Below the pieces are notes generated by a model. The model had not been told where the DNA came from, did no database searches, and was given only the letters and a program-made list of their open reading frames with translations. Below are positions 28,294-38,120 of a stretch of 64,000 nt of DNA, one piece after another (the first letter of the stretch is position 1; each line of letters starts with the position of its first letter). The DNA is from an uncultured delta proteobacterium. GTDB lineage: Bacteria; Desulfobacterota; Desulfobacteria; Desulfobacterales; QNYZ01. The position numbers were made by a program, and so were the translations under genes. The DNA is taken from the NCBI GenBank assembly GCA_963845145.1, contig CAWJQU010000005.1:448001-512000 (forward strand). Reading direction: 5' to 3'.

Positions 28294-29631
28294 ATGCTGA
28301 CCAAAAATAAAAAAATCGTTCTAGGCGCGACGTTAATCCTATTTTTGTTTATAGTGATCATCTCTTCGTGGACCATTCCTTTTGCCTTTGAGTCGTCCAC
28401 CATGTATTACAAGTTCGGTGTTCACAAAGTACTATTGCGTGCCGGTAAAATCTTCGGGCTAACGGCTTTTGTACTGGCATGGCTCCAGATCATTTTGATT
28501 TCCCGATTTCGATTACTGGACCGCGTATTTTCTCACAATCAGTTGGTTAATTTTCACGGTATCAACGGGTTAATCCTCCTTGGTTGTGCGATTTCGCACC
28601 CCCTTCTGGTTATGGCGGCGGAAAATTTCACCCTCTATCCTTTGGAAAAAAGATATTGGCCCGAATTTCTCGGCATGGGGTTTCTCTCAATAATATTGAT
28701 GGTCGTCCTTGTCTCATTTTGGCGTCGCAAGTTCTGTTTTTCCTATGAGCAGTGGTTGCGACTGCACCGAATGGGGACGCTTATCATTTTATGCGGCCTT
28801 TTTATTCACATTATTTTCGTAAGCGACGCATTCGGTGATGGTCTTCCCCGGTACATTGTGCTGGGCGCCCAGGGTTTATTTTTTTGGCTGCTTGCCCGTC
28901 TATGGTTTCGGCGCGTATTAAAACCACACCGGGTATTTGCTGTTTCCAAAATCCATTCCGTGGGACGTAAGTCCCAATGTTTGGAAATCGTGCCGACCGA
29001 TGGAAGAGTGTTTGACTTCGCCCCGGGTCAATTTGCTTTTATCACACCCATTTCCAAGAACATCTCAAGGCAGGAGCACCCCTTTACCATTGCATCTTCC
29101 CCCACCCACTCCGGGAGTCTGCAATTTGTCATTAAAGCGATTGGCGATTGGACACGCCGGATAAATTTGCTGGCCAAGGGTGATCCGGTTTATCTGGACG
29201 GACCCTTGGGGCAATTTAGCTATTTATCCCTTTCCGACGACCAACCTGTGATCATGATAGCGGGCGGCATCGGGATTACCCCCATGTTGAGCATGCTGAG
29301 ATTCATGGCAGATAATGACGATCAACGTGAAATTTTGTTGATCTGGAGCAATCGAACACCGGAGGATATTTTTTTTAAAGACGAATTCGATGAATTGAAA
29401 CATCGCTTGAACCATCTGGCCATCAAATATATCATCACTTCGAAACAAAGCGACGAACAGATAGGGCATCGCTTGGACAAAGAGATGCTTGAGGAACTTA
29501 CCAACCATTATCCTAAAACCGCCAATCTTTTTATTTGCGGCCCGCCAGGGATGATGAAACAAATTCGAAAGGATGTCATCCAGGTCGGTTTTTCTTCGAC
29601 CAGGGTTTACACTGAGAAATTTCGGCTTTAA
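28294..29631 (+). CDS. Ferric-reductase-like membrane flavocytochrome (TM heme domain plus FAD/NAD-binding domain)
   Basis: TM His pairs; HPFTIASSP; GDWT; DGPLG; AGGIGITP; ICGPPGM. Confidence 0.88.
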   Translation: MLTKNKKIVLGATLILFLFIVIISSWTIPFAFESSTMYYKFGVHKVLLRAGKIFGLTAFVLAWLQIILISRFRLLDRVFSHNQLVNFHGINGLILLGCAISHPLLVMAAENFTLYPLEKRYWPEFLGMGFLSIILMVVLVSFWRRKFCFSYEQWLRLHRMGTLIILCGLFIHIIFVSDAFGDGLPRYIVLGAQGLFFWLLARLWFRRVLKPHRVFAVSKIHSVGRKSQCLEIVPTDGRVFDFAPGQFAFITPISKNISRQEHPFTIASSPTHSGSLQFVIKAIGDWTRRINLLAKGDPVYLDGPLGQFSYLSLSDDQPVIMIAGGIGITPMLSMLRFMADNDDQREILLIWSNRTPEDIFFKDEFDELKHRLNHLAIKYIITSKQSDEQIGHRLDKEMLEELTNHYPKTANLFICGPPGMMKQIRKDVIQVGFSSTRVYTEKFRL

Positions 29632-29734
29632 TGTTTGAAAAAGCCTTCGTCCATGAAATCTAAGAGATAAATTTAATGGTGTCTCTCGGACGAATACCTA
29701 AGTCGAGCGTTTTTCAATTTGAAGGAGCCCTAAA

Positions 29735-30319
29735 ATGAAAAAAATCATCATTTTAACATTAGCAATTGTGTTGTTCGGGTTGAATCCTGCCTTGGCCAAC
29801 GAGTGGCAAATCGACCCGGCCCACTCGTCAATTAATTTTGGCGTTAAACATATCTTCTCAACGGTTTTCGGAAACTTCTCCGATTTTTCCGGTCAGGTAT
29901 TTTTCAACCCCGAACAGCTTGAGAAGTCGAAGTTTGACTTTACCGTCAAAGTTGACAGTATCAATACCGACGTCAGTAAAAGAGACAATCATCTGCGATC
30001 CGGCGACTTTTTCGATGCCGGTAAATTTCCCACGATGTCTTTTCAATCCACCGGAATTACCCATACGGGGGGAAATGACTATCTCCTCAAAGGTAAGATG
30101 ACCATCAAGGATGTGACCAAAGACATTGAGGCAACGTTGACCTATTGGGGTGAAAAACCAAACCCGTTTGATGATAAGCAATTGGTGACGGGGTTCGAAA
30201 CACGGTTTGCCATCGAAAGGCTGGAATATGGGGTGGGAAACGGTAAATTCCTGGAAATGGGCGTTGTCGGCCCCACGGTTGATATCTTTACCAGTCTGGA
30301 ATTGACCCGCAAGAAATAA
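29735..30319 (+). CDS. YceI-family periplasmic lipid/polyisoprenoid-binding protein
   Basis: Signal peptide; WQIDPAHS; RDNHLRSGDFFD. Confidence 0.92.
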   Translation: MKKIIILTLAIVLFGLNPALANEWQIDPAHSSINFGVKHIFSTVFGNFSDFSGQVFFNPEQLEKSKFDFTVKVDSINTDVSKRDNHLRSGDFFDAGKFPTMSFQSTGITHTGGNDYLLKGKMTIKDVTKDIEATLTYWGEKPNPFDDKQLVTGFETRFAIERLEYGVGNGKFLEMGVVGPTVDIFTSLELTRKK

Positions 30320-30320
30320 C

Positions 30321-30372
30321 CGCCATCGGCGACAGTGCGGCTTCACTCCGGGTCGCCGCACGTCGCCGGGCG
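30321..30372. terminator. GC-rich stem-loop after yceI, between convergent genes
   Basis: CGCC..CGGCGAC.GTGCGGC pairs with GCCGCACGTCGCCG.GGCG; no clear U tract. Confidence 0.45.
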
Positions 30373-30443
30373 ATTGAAGAAATTGGCATTACAATCCGTG
30401 CTTAAAATAGTAAAAAAGGGCCATTTCTTTATTCAGAGAGATA

Positions 30444-30668
30444 TCATATAGTGACCGGCATCGCGCTTTTACCTTTCAACCTGTCCACCACCTGGTGGAC
30501 ATCGCCCAGACATCATTTACCCTTCGGATTTTTTGTGGCGCATTGACAATTTCCAAACTTTTTTTCCATTCGGATTTTTTCCAAAATGGTTGACTTGCCG
30601 TTTTTCAGATAATCTTGACGAATATCATCTGCGGCGTATCCAAAACAGTGACAAATTAGCTCTTTCAT
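30444..30668 (-). CDS. 74-aa BFD-like [2Fe-2S]/metal-binding selenoprotein (Sec at codon 52)
   Basis: Not in the ORF track. GAGG RBS; MKELICHCFGYAADDIRQDYLKNGKSTILEKIRMEKKFGNCQCATKNPKGK-U-CLGDVHQVVDRLKGKSAMPVTI. UGA at 30513-30515 occupies the first Cys of the NPxGxCC motif. Confidence 0.82.
30482..30501 (-). promoter_or_regulatory. Putative bacterial SECIS hairpin
   Basis: mRNA UGUCCACCA-GG-UGGUGGACA, a perfect 9-bp inverted repeat starting 11 nt after the in-frame UGA, with G/GU at the apex. Confidence 0.72.
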
Positions 30669-30843
30669 TATATTTGTCCTCACCGTTTACCCAAATATCA
30701 ATCGCGTTCATGTCAGCTTATCATCTTCATAAGTGGAAAAACAACTTTGATTTATAAGTAAATTAACACCCTGTTCGAATCGTTTACCCATTTTCATTGT
30801 TTTCCGGTTTTTATTTTTTCTAAAATTAGGTTAAGCTGATGGC

Positions 30844-31614
30844 ATGGTTGCCAAACGAAAACGACAGGTCCGAAAACGGCCTGTGAAAAAGAAAACGAAA
30901 AAGAAAAAAGGGTGGATACGACGGATTGTGGGAGGGCTTATTCGTCTCCTGCTGGTTCTGGCTATTATCAGCTTGCTGATCGTTGGGGGCTTACGCTGGA
31001 TAAACCCGCCCACCAGTATGATGATGGCCATCGAACAGATAAAAGCGAAGACGGACCAGCGCAATGATTTCCGTATCGACTACCGTTGGGTGGATTATGG
31101 GAAAATCGCGACGAATCTGCCCCTGGCCATCATTGCCTCGGAAGATCAGAAATTTCCCATTCATAACGGTTTCGACCTGGAGGCCATCACCGACGCGGTA
31201 GAGACACACCTAAACGGTGGGCGCCTGCGGGGGGCCTCCACAATCACCCAACAGGTGGCCAAAAACCTTTTCCTCTGGCCGGGAAAATCTATGGTGCGGA
31301 AGGGCATTGAAGCCTATTTTACGACCATTATCGAACTTTTGTGGAACAAAGGCAGGATTTTGGAAATCTATATGAACATCGCCGAATTTGGCGATGGTAT
31401 TTTCGGCGTCGAGGCGGCCAGCCAACACTATTTCGGGAAACCGGCCGAACACATTCATTTATGGGAGGCGGCACGTATGGCCGCGGTATTGCCTGACCCC
31501 AAGTCCATGAACCCTCGACGGCCATCGGCCTATGTCTATAAACGGGCGGGTTGGATTCAACGCCAGGTGGACCGCATGGGGGGCAAGCAGGTGCTGGATC
31601 AAATCAAACCGTGA
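30844..31614 (+). CDS. mtgA: Monofunctional peptidoglycan transglycosylase
   Basis: SEDQKF..H.GFD, RGASTITQQVAKNLFL, RKGIE, YMNIAEFG. Confidence 0.93.
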   Translation: MVAKRKRQVRKRPVKKKTKKKKGWIRRIVGGLIRLLLVLAIISLLIVGGLRWINPPTSMMMAIEQIKAKTDQRNDFRIDYRWVDYGKIATNLPLAIIASEDQKFPIHNGFDLEAITDAVETHLNGGRLRGASTITQQVAKNLFLWPGKSMVRKGIEAYFTTIIELLWNKGRILEIYMNIAEFGDGIFGVEAASQHYFGKPAEHIHLWEAARMAAVLPDPKSMNPRRPSAYVYKRAGWIQRQVDRMGGKQVLDQIKP

Positions 31615-31694
31615 CGATTTTCTTTGACATATTATATGAAATAATAGCCGATGGTTCATTTGTCCCTTTATTGATGAAATAAATTCTATACCAA

Positions 31695-32282
31695 ATGAGA
31701 ATCTTATGTATATCCGATAAGGTCGTATTGTCCGATGGGTTTGATCAAAGCCGCATAGGTGCCGTGGATGCCATCATATCCTGTGGCGATCTGCCGCCGG
31801 AGCATCTCACTTCCCTACGCTCAAAACTCGATGTGCCGCTATATTACGTTAAAGGCAATCATGATATCCGCTACGAAGACTCACCGCCGAAAGGATGCAT
31901 GAACATTCACGGGCGAATCGTTGATATAGGCAATCAGCGCGTGCTGGGGCTGGAGGGATCGCGTTGGTATAACGAGGGCCCGAATCAGCATACCGAAGCC
32001 CAAATGCGATGGATCATTCTGGGACTTCGTCTAAAAATCTGGCGGAAACGGGGAATCGATATGGTTGTCACCCATGCCCCGCCACGATTTATCCACGATC
32101 AGGAGGATTTATGTCATCGTGGCTTCAAAAGTTTTCGTAAAGTTATCGATCGATATAAGCCGGCGTACTTTTTACACGGCCATATCCATCGCGCTTTCAA
32201 CCACGACAAGGAGCGCATCACCCTTTTGAATCAAACAAAGATCATCAATTGTTATGGTCATTATATTTTGGATTATCGATGA
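31695..32282 (+). CDS. Calcineurin-like metallophosphoesterase
   Basis: ISD, SCGDL, GNHD, THAPP, HGHIH. Confidence 0.88.
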   Translation: MRILCISDKVVLSDGFDQSRIGAVDAIISCGDLPPEHLTSLRSKLDVPLYYVKGNHDIRYEDSPPKGCMNIHGRIVDIGNQRVLGLEGSRWYNEGPNQHTEAQMRWIILGLRLKIWRKRGIDMVVTHAPPRFIHDQEDLCHRGFKSFRKVIDRYKPAYFLHGHIHRAFNHDKERITLLNQTKIINCYGHYILDYR

Positions 32283-33385
32283 AAAAGACCCCATTGCATA
32301 AACTGAAGAAATTATTGACCCCTCGGCGTGATCCTGACCGCGTGAGGTCATTCAAGGCCGACCAGGAATCCGAATGTGCCTATGACAGCGTGGTTCGCGG
32401 TACCTGCCGGGTTTCTGTGGATAAAATCGTGGGAAGTGTGGGCCGGTACCGTGATTTCGATGGCAAATTCCATCCGAAACGGCATTTGCCCACCGATCGG
32501 TATCTAAAAATTAAAGCCGCCATGTCTGAAGGAAAAAGCTTACCACCGGTCAAATTATACCAGATAAAAGATGAGTATTATGTGCTTGACGGCAATCATC
32601 GTATTGCGGCAGCCAAAGAACTCAGGCACGATGACATCCGTGCGAATATCGTTGAATTCATTCCTTCACGAAATACGCTCACCAATATTTTGTACCGCGA
32701 GAAGGCTGATTTTTTAGAAAAGACTGGGTTGCAAAATGATATCAAGCTTACCGAGCTTGGCCAGTACGCCTACCTTTTGCGACAGATCGAGACGCATCAA
32801 CACTTTTTAACCGAATCCCGGAACAGCCCCATTTCCGTAAAAGATGCCGCGTCGGACTGGTACAAAACTATTTACCGCCCACTGGTGAGCATCATTCGCA
32901 AGGGGCGATTGATTGGCCATTTTGAAAACAGAACGCTTGACGACTTGTATGCCTACGTGTCCTATCATCAGTGGGAGCAGGGGCGGAGACGAAAGTACGG
33001 CATCGGTATTGACAAATTGATCCCCAAGGATATGGAGGCTTTCAGAGAAAAAATGGCGAAGAAACAGGAATCGGAATATCCAGAAATGCTTCGGGAAATA
33101 ACGGCCTTTATATTGATGAATGTTCGCGCCAAAGATGAAAACCGCCTTATGAAAAAGCTTTTTTCTCTTTCGGAAGTTCGGGAAATTCACTCCATCCACG
33201 GAACCGTGGACTTCTTAATCAAGATCGTACTCACCCGCGACCTGCTCTCATCGGATGCTGAAATTATTTCACAATTCGTGACCGAGAGCATCCGTCATAT
33301 CCCGGAAGTGGTAAGCACCCAAACCCTGATTCCGGGGCAATCCATGATTAAAGATGATGAAACGACCGCGGGAAACCAGTCATAA
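32279..33385 (+). CDS. ParB/Srx-like domain protein with C-terminal Lrp/AsnC ligand-binding domain
   Basis: IVGSVGRYRDF, LPPVKLY, VLDGNHR; C-terminal AFILMNV...VREIHSIHGTVDFLIKI...IPEVVSTQTLI; ATGA overlap with the phosphoesterase. Confidence 0.8.
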   Translation: MKKTPLHKLKKLLTPRRDPDRVRSFKADQESECAYDSVVRGTCRVSVDKIVGSVGRYRDFDGKFHPKRHLPTDRYLKIKAAMSEGKSLPPVKLYQIKDEYYVLDGNHRIAAAKELRHDDIRANIVEFIPSRNTLTNILYREKADFLEKTGLQNDIKLTELGQYAYLLRQIETHQHFLTESRNSPISVKDAASDWYKTIYRPLVSIIRKGRLIGHFENRTLDDLYAYVSYHQWEQGRRRKYGIGIDKLIPKDMEAFREKMAKKQESEYPEMLREITAFILMNVRAKDENRLMKKLFSLSEVREIHSIHGTVDFLIKIVLTRDLLSSDAEIISQFVTESIRHIPEVVSTQTLIPGQSMIKDDETTAGNQS

Positions 33386-33445
33386 CTTCTGTTTCAGACA
33401 TGACAAGTCGTGTTTCTTCTTGCCAACAGCCAGCTTGTCGATAAA

Positions 33446-34795
33446 TCACGCCGCGGCCAGTCTTTTTAACCGACCATAAGCCTCCCAGGAAAACCCTTCC
33501 CGACGGCAGGGGAAAATCGCGTTATTGGTAAAAATCGGATCGGACGCTAGATCGTAGGGAGAGACCGCACAGGCTGCCTTCCACATGTCGGTATGGGGTA
33601 TGGGCGTGTAGTGGGCCAAAACCGGGTTTATACCGGTTTGTTTAACCGTCCTGATCGAAGCCTCCACCGATGCAACGGACTGATCGGGAAGGCCCACCAG
33701 GAGATAGGCGCCTATTTGTTGCCGGTTGAATCCCGCTTTTTTCAGACAACCCACGGCTCGATGAAATTCGTCCGGATTCACTTTGTGATCGATCATATTC
33801 CGCAAATGAAAATCAGCTGTTTCCAATCCGAGGCGCAGGGTCTTTGTACCGGCGCGACGCATCAAACATGCGACCCGGTCGTCGATTTCCCGAATATGGA
33901 TACCGTTGGGGGTATGCAGGCGGATATCGAGGCCGGTGTCAATGATGCCTTCGAAGATCGGCACAGCATGCTTCCCGGCATTCAGAAGCAGCGCATCATC
34001 ATAAAAGACGAAATCGATGACCCCGTGCTGGTGGTGCCAAAATTTTATTTCTTCTACGACATGTCGCGGAGATCGCCGCAGGTATCCCGGATTTAGAAAT
34101 TTAGAAGCACAATAGGTGCATTGATAGGGACATCCGATGGCCGTAAGTATAGGGATATATGTCGTTCGATGCTGAAGGTCAAAAGCCGGCCGGGGCCAGT
34201 TGTCGGGTTCTTGATAGTCCCATTGCCGGGTGGCCGCCCTATCTCCAATATGGTCGGCAACGAGGTTGGTTATCCCCGCAATGCCGGGGCCGGAAAAGAT
34301 CTGATCGGCGCCGACGGTTTTTTGGGCGTGATCCCGACATAAGGTTGCGTAAATCCCGCCGAGAATGATCTTGGTATCCGGAAACACATTTCTTACAGTG
34401 GCAATGGTTTCTTTCACACCAGGGTACCAATAGGTCATCAGCGATGTCACCAGCACCAGGTCCGGCGGATCAAGGGCGGACAAATCATCCGTCAACCATG
34501 CCGGTTTAATGCCATATCTTGAAAACCGCCTGGGAATATGCTCAAGGCTCATTGGTTTATCTATCGACGTTTTCAGATAGGGCCCGCGACCGTGCCGTAC
34601 CTTCGGATTCTGGGGTCTGGCTTTGGGGTGAAACCGGTCCAGGCAGTCGATGTACGACACCTTGTACCCGCTTTGGCGCAGAATAGCGGCTAGGGTTAGC
34701 AATCCCATGGGTTTGGCCCAAAAATCATAGGCGGCGAAATCGTGAATCCAGGGGTTGATCAGAAGGATATGCGGGTGATCATGCGTCACGGACAA
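33446..34795 (-). CDS. Cobalamin-binding radical SAM protein
   Basis: LINPWIHDFAAYDFWAKPMGLL; LGGIYATL; GCPYQCTYC. Confidence 0.88.
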   Translation of the reverse strand: MSVTHDHPHILLINPWIHDFAAYDFWAKPMGLLTLAAILRQSGYKVSYIDCLDRFHPKARPQNPKVRHGRGPYLKTSIDKPMSLEHIPRRFSRYGIKPAWLTDDLSALDPPDLVLVTSLMTYWYPGVKETIATVRNVFPDTKIILGGIYATLCRDHAQKTVGADQIFSGPGIAGITNLVADHIGDRAATRQWDYQEPDNWPRPAFDLQHRTTYIPILTAIGCPYQCTYCASKFLNPGYLRRSPRHVVEEIKFWHHQHGVIDFVFYDDALLLNAGKHAVPIFEGIIDTGLDIRLHTPNGIHIREIDDRVACLMRRAGTKTLRLGLETADFHLRNMIDHKVNPDEFHRAVGCLKKAGFNRQQIGAYLLVGLPDQSVASVEASIRTVKQTGINPVLAHYTPIPHTDMWKAACAVSPYDLASDPIFTNNAIFPCRREGFSWEAYGRLKRLAAA

Positions 34796-34799
34796 AGGA

Positions 34800-35273
34800 T
34801 CATTCGTCCGGGAAATAGATCATAGAGGTTTTCTTTAACTCCCGGCGACTGAATAGTTGCTGGTACTCTTTTACGTCCGTTTCAGCCGAAAGATCGCCGG
34901 CAATTTGGCGGCAGGCTTCCACATCGGTGGCGTGAATCATGGTGTAGAGATTATAGGGCCAATCCGGAGCGGGGTCGCGTCGATAACAATGGGATACCGC
35001 CGCATGGGCGGCCATTTTGTGACCGACCTCCTCGATCCGTGCCTCATCTACTTTCCAGGCGGTCATCGCATTGGCGGAAAAACCTGTTTTTTGATGACGC
35101 AAGGTGGCGCCAAACCGGCGGATCACCCCACGTCGGCCAAGATCTTTTAGAATATCCAAAAATCGATCTTCGGAAATGTCCAGCTTGTCCGCCATTTCCC
35201 GATAAGGCGACTGCGTGATGGGAATATCGCCCTGAATGGATGCGATAACTTTTTTTTCCAGTTTGGTAAGCAC
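34800..35273 (-). CDS. ahbB: Siroheme decarboxylase beta subunit (Lrp/AsnC-like)
   Basis: QGDIP..PY, IRRFGATLRH, ANAM.AW, VSHCYRR, WPYNLYTMIH. Confidence 0.82.
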   Translation of the reverse strand: MLTKLEKKVIASIQGDIPITQSPYREMADKLDISEDRFLDILKDLGRRGVIRRFGATLRHQKTGFSANAMTAWKVDEARIEEVGHKMAAHAAVSHCYRRDPAPDWPYNLYTMIHATDVEACRQIAGDLSAETDVKEYQQLFSRRELKKTSMIYFPDE

Positions 35274-35304
35274 GGGGCGATTTAATGGTATCCCTAGTGA
35301 AAAG

Positions 35305-36435
35305 TCAAGTCGCGGCGGACCCGTTAGCGACGATTTTATCCGGAAACAGGCGCTGAATATCGGCCGCGTCAGGTTTACAAACGCCTCGCTCGGTAATCAA
35401 ACCGGTCACCAATCGGGCCGGTGTGACGTCAAAAGCATAATTGGCTACGGGGCTATCAGCCGGTGGCACGAGGACTTGAACGGTACGACCCTCAAAAAGG
35501 CCCTGCACATACCGGATCTCATCCGGATCCCGGGTTTCGATGGGAATCTGGGCCAATCCATCCCTTGAATGCCAGTCAAAAGTGGTCGACGGCAAGGCCA
35601 CATAAAAGGGGATATGGTTATCACGGGCCGCTAACGCTTTCAGGTAGGTCCCGATTTTATTGGCCACATCGCCGGTATGGGTGGTCCGATCCGTACCCAC
35701 GATCACCATATCGACCATACCGTGTTGCATCAGGTGCCCCCCGGTATTGTCGGCAATGACGGTGTGCTTGATACCGTGCCGGCCAAGTTCCCACGCTGTC
35801 AGGCGCGCACCCTGGTTCAAAGGGCGGGTTTCATCCACCCAAACATGGATGTCGATACCCGCTTCAAAGGCGGCATAAATAGGGGCCGTGGCCGTCCCAT
35901 ACTCAATACAAGCCAGCCATCCGGCGTTACAATGGGTCAGGACATTGACCGTTTTCCCCTTGTTTTTTGTGACCACCGACTCGATCAGCGGCAATCCGTG
36001 CTGACCAATCATTTCACAGTTTTTCGTTTCCGCTACAGCCAATTCCTCGGCGGCCTTGCGAGCCACCGCCAATCGTCCTTCGAATGTCGATACGGCCAGC
36101 ACTTCAGACAAAACTTTATCCACAGCAAATGACAAATTGACGGCCGTGGGCCTAGCGTCACGAATGGTTTTACAAGCAGTGCGAATCACATCATCCGATG
36201 TTGCATCACTTGAAGTGGCAACCGCCACATAAACACCAAAAGCTGCAGTAACGCCGATGAGCGGAGCGCCTCTGACCACCATTTCCTTAATGGCCATGAC
36301 GACTTTATCCACAGTGTCCAAATCGATGATGACCAATCGATGGGGTAACTCGCGTTGGTCGATGGCTTTTACAATCCCCGACGTTTCATCGAGCCAGATG
36401 GGTTTGAGTTTTTTTTCTTTTACTACCCTGGTCAT
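35305..36435 (-). CDS. mtnA: S-methyl-5-thioribose-1-phosphate isomerase
   Basis: MVVRGAPLIG, RPTAVNL, THCNAG, ETRP.NQGARLT, NKIGT, FDVTP; AAGGA RBS before ATG 36435. Confidence 0.92.
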   Translation of the reverse strand: MTRVVKEKKLKPIWLDETSGIVKAIDQRELPHRLVIIDLDTVDKVVMAIKEMVVRGAPLIGVTAAFGVYVAVATSSDATSDDVIRTACKTIRDARPTAVNLSFAVDKVLSEVLAVSTFEGRLAVARKAAEELAVAETKNCEMIGQHGLPLIESVVTKNKGKTVNVLTHCNAGWLACIEYGTATAPIYAAFEAGIDIHVWVDETRPLNQGARLTAWELGRHGIKHTVIADNTGGHLMQHGMVDMVIVGTDRTTHTGDVANKIGTYLKALAARDNHIPFYVALPSTTFDWHSRDGLAQIPIETRDPDEIRYVQGLFEGRTVQVLVPPADSPVANYAFDVTPARLVTGLITERGVCKPDAADIQRLFPDKIVANGSAAT

Positions 36436-36545
36436 GGGTGGTTCCTTTTTTGAGCTTTTTTGAAATGGCCCCTTTTTGAATTTGTATTCGCCCATATCCG
36501 GGCCATTTGATCAAGCCTGAATGATCAATAAATGTCAACTGAGGC

Positions 36546-37880
36546 CTATCCGATCGATCCGGGCCAATTTTCTTTCGGGGGGTTGAAATACCCGTGGAAA
36601 ATGTCCGGAAATTGCTTTTTCACCGTATTTAAGAGTCGGCGCATACCCACCGGCGGCCTTGATTCTTCCGGCAGAGGCATTGATTGCCAGTAACGCCTGG
36701 GATCAAAATTGAGATTGCGCCATTGGATCATGTGTATTGCATGGGTTTGAATAAATTGGGTTAAAGCCTTTAGCTCTTCCATTGAATCGGTGATGCCGGG
36801 ACTGTTTAGATAATTTAAGGCCACAAACCGACCCCGTGACAGAGCCAGATCGATGCTTTTTTGAACGTCATCAAACCGATACCCGTTGGGGCGAAAATAG
36901 GCCTTATATCCATCCGGGCGGACACTGTTCAAGCTGACACGAATACTGTCCAGCCCGGATTTGAACAATTTGTCCAGGACATCTGGTCGGCCGGCATTGG
37001 TGTTCATGTGAATCGTACCCTTAGCAGTCTGTTTGCGAATCAGGACAATGGCCGGTTCAATGACCTGTGCCGCCAGCAGCGGGTCTCCTTCACAACCTTG
37101 ACCGAAACTGACCACCGGCCGAGCCGCGCGGTCGATATGGGCCAGCGCCACTTCAGCGATCTCTTCAGCACTGGGCGTGAACCCAATACGTTCCTGGCTG
37201 GCGGCAATCCCGGTATTTTCTTGTAGAGAGAGACAACCCCGGCAGCGTGCATTGCATCTCCGGGATGTGGGTAGCGGCGCCTCATAGCGCCCCAAAAAGA
37301 AGTTCTTGGCGGCCGGGCAGCCGTAGTTCAGTGCACATTTTTCCAAGTGTAACCGCAATCGGTTTTGAGGCATTGCACGACGCATATGTTTGATACCGGC
37401 CCGCACTTTATCAGACGGCATGCGTCTTAAATCCTGGCGGGGCTCCGTATCGACCAACACCGCAGCACTTTGAAATGTTTCTCCCCGCCAACCAACGGCG
37501 CCATAAGAAAACATCGGTAACGGACCAGCCCCGGATCGTTCTTCATAGGCGCAGACATGGCTAATCATATAGCCGGGAGAATTGAAGACCGCGACTGGAA
37601 AAATGGGTTCACCCGGAGCATAAGGGTCTTCGGTAAGTGTTTCCACGCGCTGTTTATTGAGGTTATAGACGATGGGCCTTCTTTGGGGTAGGCGCATCAG
37701 CTCACTGCCATGGGGCATATCGATCGTATCGAACGCCGAAAGTGGCACGAACTCCCCGGCGGCCATACCCACCGCGGCATATCCGTCCAGCTCATAAATT
37801 TCCCCGGATCGGTTGGCGACAACGGCCTGAACATAGGGCGCTGCAGAACGATCGATTTTTGTCAGCCATTTCATTTTCAC
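36546..37880 (-). CDS. Radical SAM protein of unknown function
   Basis: PTSRRCNARCRGCLS; SFGQGCEGDP; NTN; DSIRVSLNS. Confidence 0.85.
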   Translation of the reverse strand: MKMKWLTKIDRSAAPYVQAVVANRSGEIYELDGYAAVGMAAGEFVPLSAFDTIDMPHGSELMRLPQRRPIVYNLNKQRVETLTEDPYAPGEPIFPVAVFNSPGYMISHVCAYEERSGAGPLPMFSYGAVGWRGETFQSAAVLVDTEPRQDLRRMPSDKVRAGIKHMRRAMPQNRLRLHLEKCALNYGCPAAKNFFLGRYEAPLPTSRRCNARCRGCLSLQENTGIAASQERIGFTPSAEEIAEVALAHIDRAARPVVSFGQGCEGDPLLAAQVIEPAIVLIRKQTAKGTIHMNTNAGRPDVLDKLFKSGLDSIRVSLNSVRPDGYKAYFRPNGYRFDDVQKSIDLALSRGRFVALNYLNSPGITDSMEELKALTQFIQTHAIHMIQWRNLNFDPRRYWQSMPLPEESRPPVGMRRLLNTVKKQFPDIFHGYFNPPKENWPGSIG

Positions 37881-38120
37881 GGATTACCTGCCAGTTGCTA
37901 TAATCTTGAATTAAGCATAAAGGTGCATGTTATCGATCACTTGCATCTCTTTCCCATAATTAGGCGGGGCTTGAATTTTTCGCCTACTCATGATTTTACC
38001 AGAATACAAATGGTCGAAATCGGAATAAATCAATACCACTGAGGCTGGTAAGATTAACAAAGTTGAGACCTGATGTATATATCGGAATTGTCCGCGCTAT
38101 AGGGACCCCGATGCTGAGGT

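Noticed and set aside
30314..30378. Integron attC site after yceI
   Set aside because: TAAC and a hairpin are present, but there is no proper GTTRRRY core, no other cassettes and no integrase.
30533..30757. 74-aa plus-strand ORF in the track
   Set aside because: Antisense to the selenoprotein gene and has no motifs.
32279..33385. Plasmid/chromosome partition locus or mobile element
   Set aside because: No parA, parS-like repeats, integrase or transposase; the ParB-like domain is fused to an AsnC domain.
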